64,000 nucleotides of DNA from the NCBI RefSeq assembly GCF_048593235.1, contig NC_133617.1:51731767-51795766 (forward strand), in the 5' to 3' direction. The position numbers were made by a program, and so were the translations under genes. Shown piece by piece: positions 59,192 to 64,000 of this stretch (its first letter is position 1; each line of letters starts with the position of its first letter). The notes beneath the pieces are model-generated. The model was not told where the DNA came from and made no database searches. It worked only from the letters and a program-made list of their open reading frames with translations. The DNA comes from Sminthopsis crassicaudata (lineage: Eukaryota).

Positions 59192-59340
59192 TGGTATTTT
59201 TCTCCCCCCTCAGGCTGGGGTTAAGTGACTTGCCCAGGGTCATACAGCTAGGAAGTGTTAAGTATCTGAGACCACATTTGAACTCGGGTCCGCCTGAATT
59301 CAGGGCTGGTGCTCTATCCACTGCGCCACCTAGCTATCCC
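59192..59340 (-). mobile_element. Young WSINE1-like SINE with TSD
   Basis: caggctggggttaagtgacttgcccagg...gctctatccactgcgccacctagctatccc; flanked by AGATTTATTTTTT at 59179 and 59341. Confidence 0.88.
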
Positions 59341-61149
59341 AGATTTATTTTTTCATAGTATTTTATTTTTCAAAATATGTGTAAAGATAGTTTTCAATGT
59401 TCATTTTTGTAGGTTTTTGTGTTCCAAATTTTTCTCCCTCCTTCCTTTAACTCCTCTCTCCCCAAGACAGCAAGCAATCTGATACAGCTTAAATATGTGC
59501 AATTCTTTTAACATAGTTCTATATTTGTTATGTTGCATAAGAAAAATCAGATCAAAAGGGAAAAAACCATGAGAACGAAAACAAACAAACAAAAAAAGGT
59601 GAAAATACTATGCTTCAATCCATATTCAATCTCCGTAGTTCTCTGGATGTGGATGGCATTTTCCATCCCAAGTTCATCATAGCTGGTCACTCAAATTAGA
59701 TTTAACTGAGACAAAGTTATATGAAGTTGTCCATCTCCCTCTCTCTTCGAGAGTTATTGAAATCCAGGGTCAAAATCAGGACAACTGTTGATGATGTGGG
59801 GTGTAGTGGATGATGTGGGATGCAGGGGATGATAGTGTCTGCAACATCCAAGAAAACAATAAGCATTCCACAAAATTGGTTTCTGTCATCTTCATGGTTA
59901 TTGGAAAAATAGCTCTCACCCACCCATTCTGCTGGAGAAAGTCTTTATATGCTTGGGGTAGATACCCCCCACTAACTCAGTTACCCTCAACCCATCTGTC
60001 AGGATGCTTTATTGGGATGTGGCCAGTATGTTTGTGACAGCTTCTTGGAGCCACAGGGAGATGGAAAAAGGGGACATCAAAAGTGAATGGACAGCCTTGA
60101 AAAGGCTCATCAAGCCCTCATTTTAGCTTTGACACCCCAAACAAAACTTTTCCATCTTTTACTATTGAAGTAGATTGTGGTACCCAAATCCCAAACTTTA
60201 CATTTATCTTTATTCATTTTTGCCCTTTTTTAGATTCATCATCTTCATCATTTTGCTTGGTGAAGTCAGCATCTTAGTTCTTTGTAATTATTCCTTCTCT
60301 TTCTGGATTATTACCACTTATATCTTCAACAATCCATTCTTAAATTTTCCCAGGAATGGAAGTCAAGCTCACTGGCCTATAACAGTTTGCAGAATCTTTT
60401 CTCTTTTTTGAAAATAAGGAGGGCTATGTTTGCCCTTTCCTATGCTTTTACCTCACCCATTTCCCATGATTTTTCAACCTTCACTGATAGTAGCTCAAGC
60501 TATGACATCTTCCAGGTTGTTCAGGACCCAAGGACAGAGTTAGGTGACTTGAATTTATCAAGGGCAGCCACACACTCTCTTATTAGCTACTTATTTATCT
60601 TAGTTCTCAAATTCTTCTTAGCCATTTTTGCTCCATCATTCCCCATGTAAAGATAATTTTCCTTTCTGGAAAACATTTTCAGCAAAATAAAAACTTAGCA
60701 TGTTTATCTTATTTTAGGTGCCAGTATCATGCTGTATACTTCAAGAAAAGTTTTTTGAGCCTCCTTTTCTTTTTCATATAATTTTAACTTCTACCATAAA
60801 TCTTTATGTTGTCCTCAGCCCTGCCAACTTCAGCTCATTTTGATCTTCAGCATTCCGACATTCTGCTTACGGGAAGGACCATGTCACTTTTACTGCTACC
60901 CGGCCTTCCTTCCAAGTTCTCTCTCTATATATATTTGAAATCTAAGTTGATTGGTGAGTTCCCAATGCATCCACATCAGACTCTTCCAGAAAGACATACT
61001 TTTTTTTCCTTCATTGAAATTGTATTTCTTTGTTTCTTCAGGATTTTCATTCTAGAGCATCTCATTTTCCTCCTAAACTGACTTCCTCTAGAGAATTTTT
61101 TTATTGAATAGGATCCTCCCCACTTCCCTCCCTAAACTCTGTGAAATAT

Positions 61150-61900
61150 GTTTTTCCAGCAATTTGGAGCCAAAACTACGTCCCCACAGTCATTAAATTG
61201 TGTCTATTACCCTTTGGCCCAGAGCTACCACTTCTAGGCTTTTATTTCAAAAAAAGAAAGAGGACAAGGACTCACATGTACAAAAATATTTATAGCAGGT
61301 TTTTTTCTGTAGAAGAAAAGACATGGAAACTAATGGGATACCCATCTCCTGGGAAATGACTAAACAAATTATGCCATATGGATGTAAGGGTATATTATTG
61401 TCCCATAAGAAATGTTGAGCAGATGGTTTTAGAGAAACTTGGGAAGATCTGTGTGAACTGATGCAAAGTGAAGTGAGAGTAACTAGGAGAAAAATTTACA
61501 CTATAACATTGGCATAAAGAAAAGCAACTTTGAAAGACTCCAGAATTCTGATCATGCAATGACTAACCAATACTTCAGAGGATAAAGGAAAAAAGCATAT
61601 TAACTCTCTCTCCCTTTAAGCATTCTACCTCTTGACAGAGAAATGGTGATAGAATCAAAATACAAAATAAGATATATTTTTGAATCCAGCCAATGTGGGA
61701 TTTTATTTTACTTGTTCAAGTTTTGTTTTTCTTTTTCTAAAGATGCATGAGGGGATGAAGAACATAGGGATAGGTTAGCTAAAAAAAAAAAAAAAAAAGC
61801 AAAGAGTCATTGGGACATCTTTTTAATAAATGCAGAGAAGAGGCTAGAAGGAAGGACAGAAAGAAGCACAAACAAGTAAGATACTTTTGAAAACTACTTT
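61150..61900 (+). mobile_element. L1 3' fragment inserted in the L3 element
   Basis: ggcccagagctaccacttctaggc...tgtacaaaaatatttatagcag...gaactgatgcaaagtgaagtgag. Confidence 0.75.
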
Positions 61901-62099
61901 TATTATATATGTTTTAGAGACCTGTGAATTCATGTACAATCCTATTTTTTCTATTCTATTCATATGACTGCTCTGATATAGGCAAATGACTGCTCTGAAG
62001 CCACATTTAGAGAAGCTGAGAAGTGAATAGGTCAGAAAACAGTGGCAACAAATGTTTAATATTTGGCAGTTTTTAAAATTTGAAATGAAATAAGTAAAT

Positions 62100-63260
62100 G
62101 TGTTGTCCACAAATCTACATTATGTCCAGATATCTCTAGTGCAAATTTAAGAATAAATTGGTTGCTTCTGCCTTTTCCCTCTGAGGTTCTCATTATTTCC
62201 ATTCCAGCCACCAGTTCCTCCCTGCTAGTGAGGATCAGATCCTGTGTGTTCTTCCACATATTGAAAAATGAAACTCTCAGTAGGGCAAATCAAAAAGTTA
62301 TTAGCNNNNNNNNNNNNNNNNNNNNNNNNNNNNNNNNNNNNNNNNNNNNNNNNNNNNNNNNNNNNNNNNNNNNNNNNNNNNNNNNNNNNNNNNNNNNNNN
62401 NNNNNNNNNNNNNNNNNNNNNNNNNNNNNNNNNNNNNNNNNNNNNNNNNNNNNNNNNNNNNNNNNNNNNNNNNNNNNNNNNNNNNNNNNNNNNNNNNNNN
62501 NNNNNNNNNNNNNNNNNNNNNNNNNNNNNNNNNNNNNNNNNNNNNNNNNNNNNNNNNNNNNNNNNNNNNNNNNNNNNNNNNNNNNNNNNNNNNNNNNNNN
62601 NNNNNNNNNNNNNNNNNNNNNNNNNNNNNNNNNNNNNNNNNNNNNNNNNNNNNNNNNNNNNNNNNNNNNNNNNNNNNNNNNNNNNNNNNNNNNNNNNNNN
62701 NNNNNNNNNNNNNNNNNNNNNNNNNNNNNNNNNNNNNNNNNNNNNNNNNNNNNNNNNNNNNNNNNNNNNNNNNNNNNNNNNNNNNNNNNNNNNNNNNNNN
62801 NNNNNNNNNNNNNNNGATAATTGAAGTCCTTCATCACTACTATATCATGCATCTGTTCAGTGTTTGTCATCTGTTTCCCAAACTCCTCTTATATTTCCTC
62901 TTTCTGTCTAGGTGGTCTGTAGTATACTTCTTTGGCAAAATCATGTTTATTTTTCTTCTCTTTGACCTTTATTCAAATACTTTCTGTCATTCTTCTCCTC
63001 TCTGGTTTCTGGATTTCCTCACCTGAGGATACCTTTTTAATATATACTACTACTTCACCCCCTCTTTTACTTATCTTTCTATATGCTATAGAAGGCATGG
63101 GTTCCCCAGCCTCAGTGATACCTATGAGGTTATAGTTATCCCTTTGCATTAGGACTTTTAGTTCCTCTTGTTTACCTTCCACTTGCCTATGGATCATCCT
63201 TTCTCTTCTAAGAGAACTCTTGGTTCATAATCCTCTCCAATTCAATTCCTGCACTTAGAC
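62100..63260 (-). mobile_element. L3/CR1 ORF2 endonuclease domain fossil (spans the N gap)
   Basis: Minus-strand translations KQEELKVL...LIGITE, KRGGEVVVYIKK, YYRPP, DIVVMKDFNY, ANNFL, DLILTSREELV match CR1 APE-type endonuclease motifs, with stops. Confidence 0.88.
62306..62815. other. Assembly gap (510 N)
   Basis: N run. Confidence 1.
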
Positions 63261-63274
63261 ATAGATTTAAATAC

Positions 63275-63276
<2 letters not shown>

Positions 63277-63342
<66 letters not shown>
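63277..63342. repeat. (TA)n microsatellite with TG interruptions
   Basis: tatatatata...tatgtatata. Confidence 0.95.
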
Positions 63343-63343
<1 letters not shown>

Positions 63344-63699
63344 CGGGCAGGAGACAAATAGAAAATTAGCAAGCATTTATTAAGCACTTACTATATGCAG
63401 GCACAGTGTTAAGTATGGGGAATACAAAAAAAGTTTAAAACAGCTCACTCCATCTTTTCCCCTCTGATTTCACTTACCTCCTTTCTTACCCTCTCCCCTC
63501 AAATCCCCTTATCTTTTTATCCCTGTAAACTCCAGTCCTAAGTGTCTTCTCTCCCTCCATCTTCCAATCATTACCGGATGATATAGATCGATTCTGGAGG
63601 AAGTCTTACCATCATGTTAAGTGTGTTCAATATATTTATCTTATCTAATATCAACTAGACCCTTACTTTGTTGTTGTTGTTGTTGTTTTTTTTTTTTTA

Positions 63700-63950
63700 G
63701 TCATTTCAATTGTGTCCAATTCTTTGTGATCCCAATTGGGGTTTTCTTGGCAGAGATACTGGAGTGATTTGCCATTTCCTTCTCAAACTCATTTTACAGA
63801 TTAGGAAATTGAGGCAAACAAGGTTAAGTGACTTGCCCAGGGCCAAATAGCTAGAAAGTGTCTAAGGCCAGATTTGAACTCAGGAAGATGAGTGTTCCTC
63901 ATTCCAGCCCCACCATTCGATCCACTGTGCCACTTAGGTGCCCCACCAGG
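63700..63950 (-). mobile_element. Mar1-like SINE
   Basis: gtcatttcaattgtgtccaattc...agatactggagtgatttgccatttcc...gatttgaactcagg...gtgccacttaggtgcccc. Confidence 0.8.
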
Positions 63951-64000
63951 TATATATATAGTACGTGCTATATAAGTGCTAGCTATTGTTAATCTTTGAT

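Larger units (their letters stand above)
56950..61130 (-). mobile_element. Fragmented L3/CR1 element (RT and 3' region) interrupted by younger inserts
   Basis: CR1-like pieces at about 56950-57370, 58090-58330, 58620-59090 and 60100-61130, collinear with the EN fragments at 62100-63260. Confidence 0.6.

Noticed and set aside
44200-64000. KLHL26 exons or another gene downstream of TMEM59L
   Set aside because: No CpG island, kelch/BTB-like translation or exon chain seen; region is dominated by L1, L3 and SINE fragments

Overview
Vertebrate genomic DNA from a marsupial, probably Australian and possibly a dasyurid, judged from WSINE1/Mar1-type SINEs, abundant L3/CR1 and marsupial-type L1 3' ends. 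The window holds the conserved synteny block KXD1 (last exon, +), UBA52 (+), REX1BD/C19orf60 (+), CRLF1 (-) and TMEM59L (+), followed by about 20 kb of repeat-dense intergenic DNA. The four complete genes were rebuilt exon by exon with GT-AG junctions and consistent phases: UBA52 128 aa, REX1BD 179 aa, CRLF1 422 aa, TMEM59L 332 aa. There are five N gaps. I found no wholly new gene system. The best leads are: an antisense ERV 5' LTR with tRNA-Lys PBS in the last KXD1 intron; a TMEM59L with a paralog-like exon 2, a Pro-rich insert and a weak acceptor on its transmembrane exon, whose skipping predicts an NMD-escaping soluble form; a poly(A) signal overlapping the UBA52 stop codon; candidate divergent or alternative first exons between CRLF1 and TMEM59L; and a 33-bp minisatellite with 264-bp higher-order structure. 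Human comparisons and repeat family names are from memory and need alignment.
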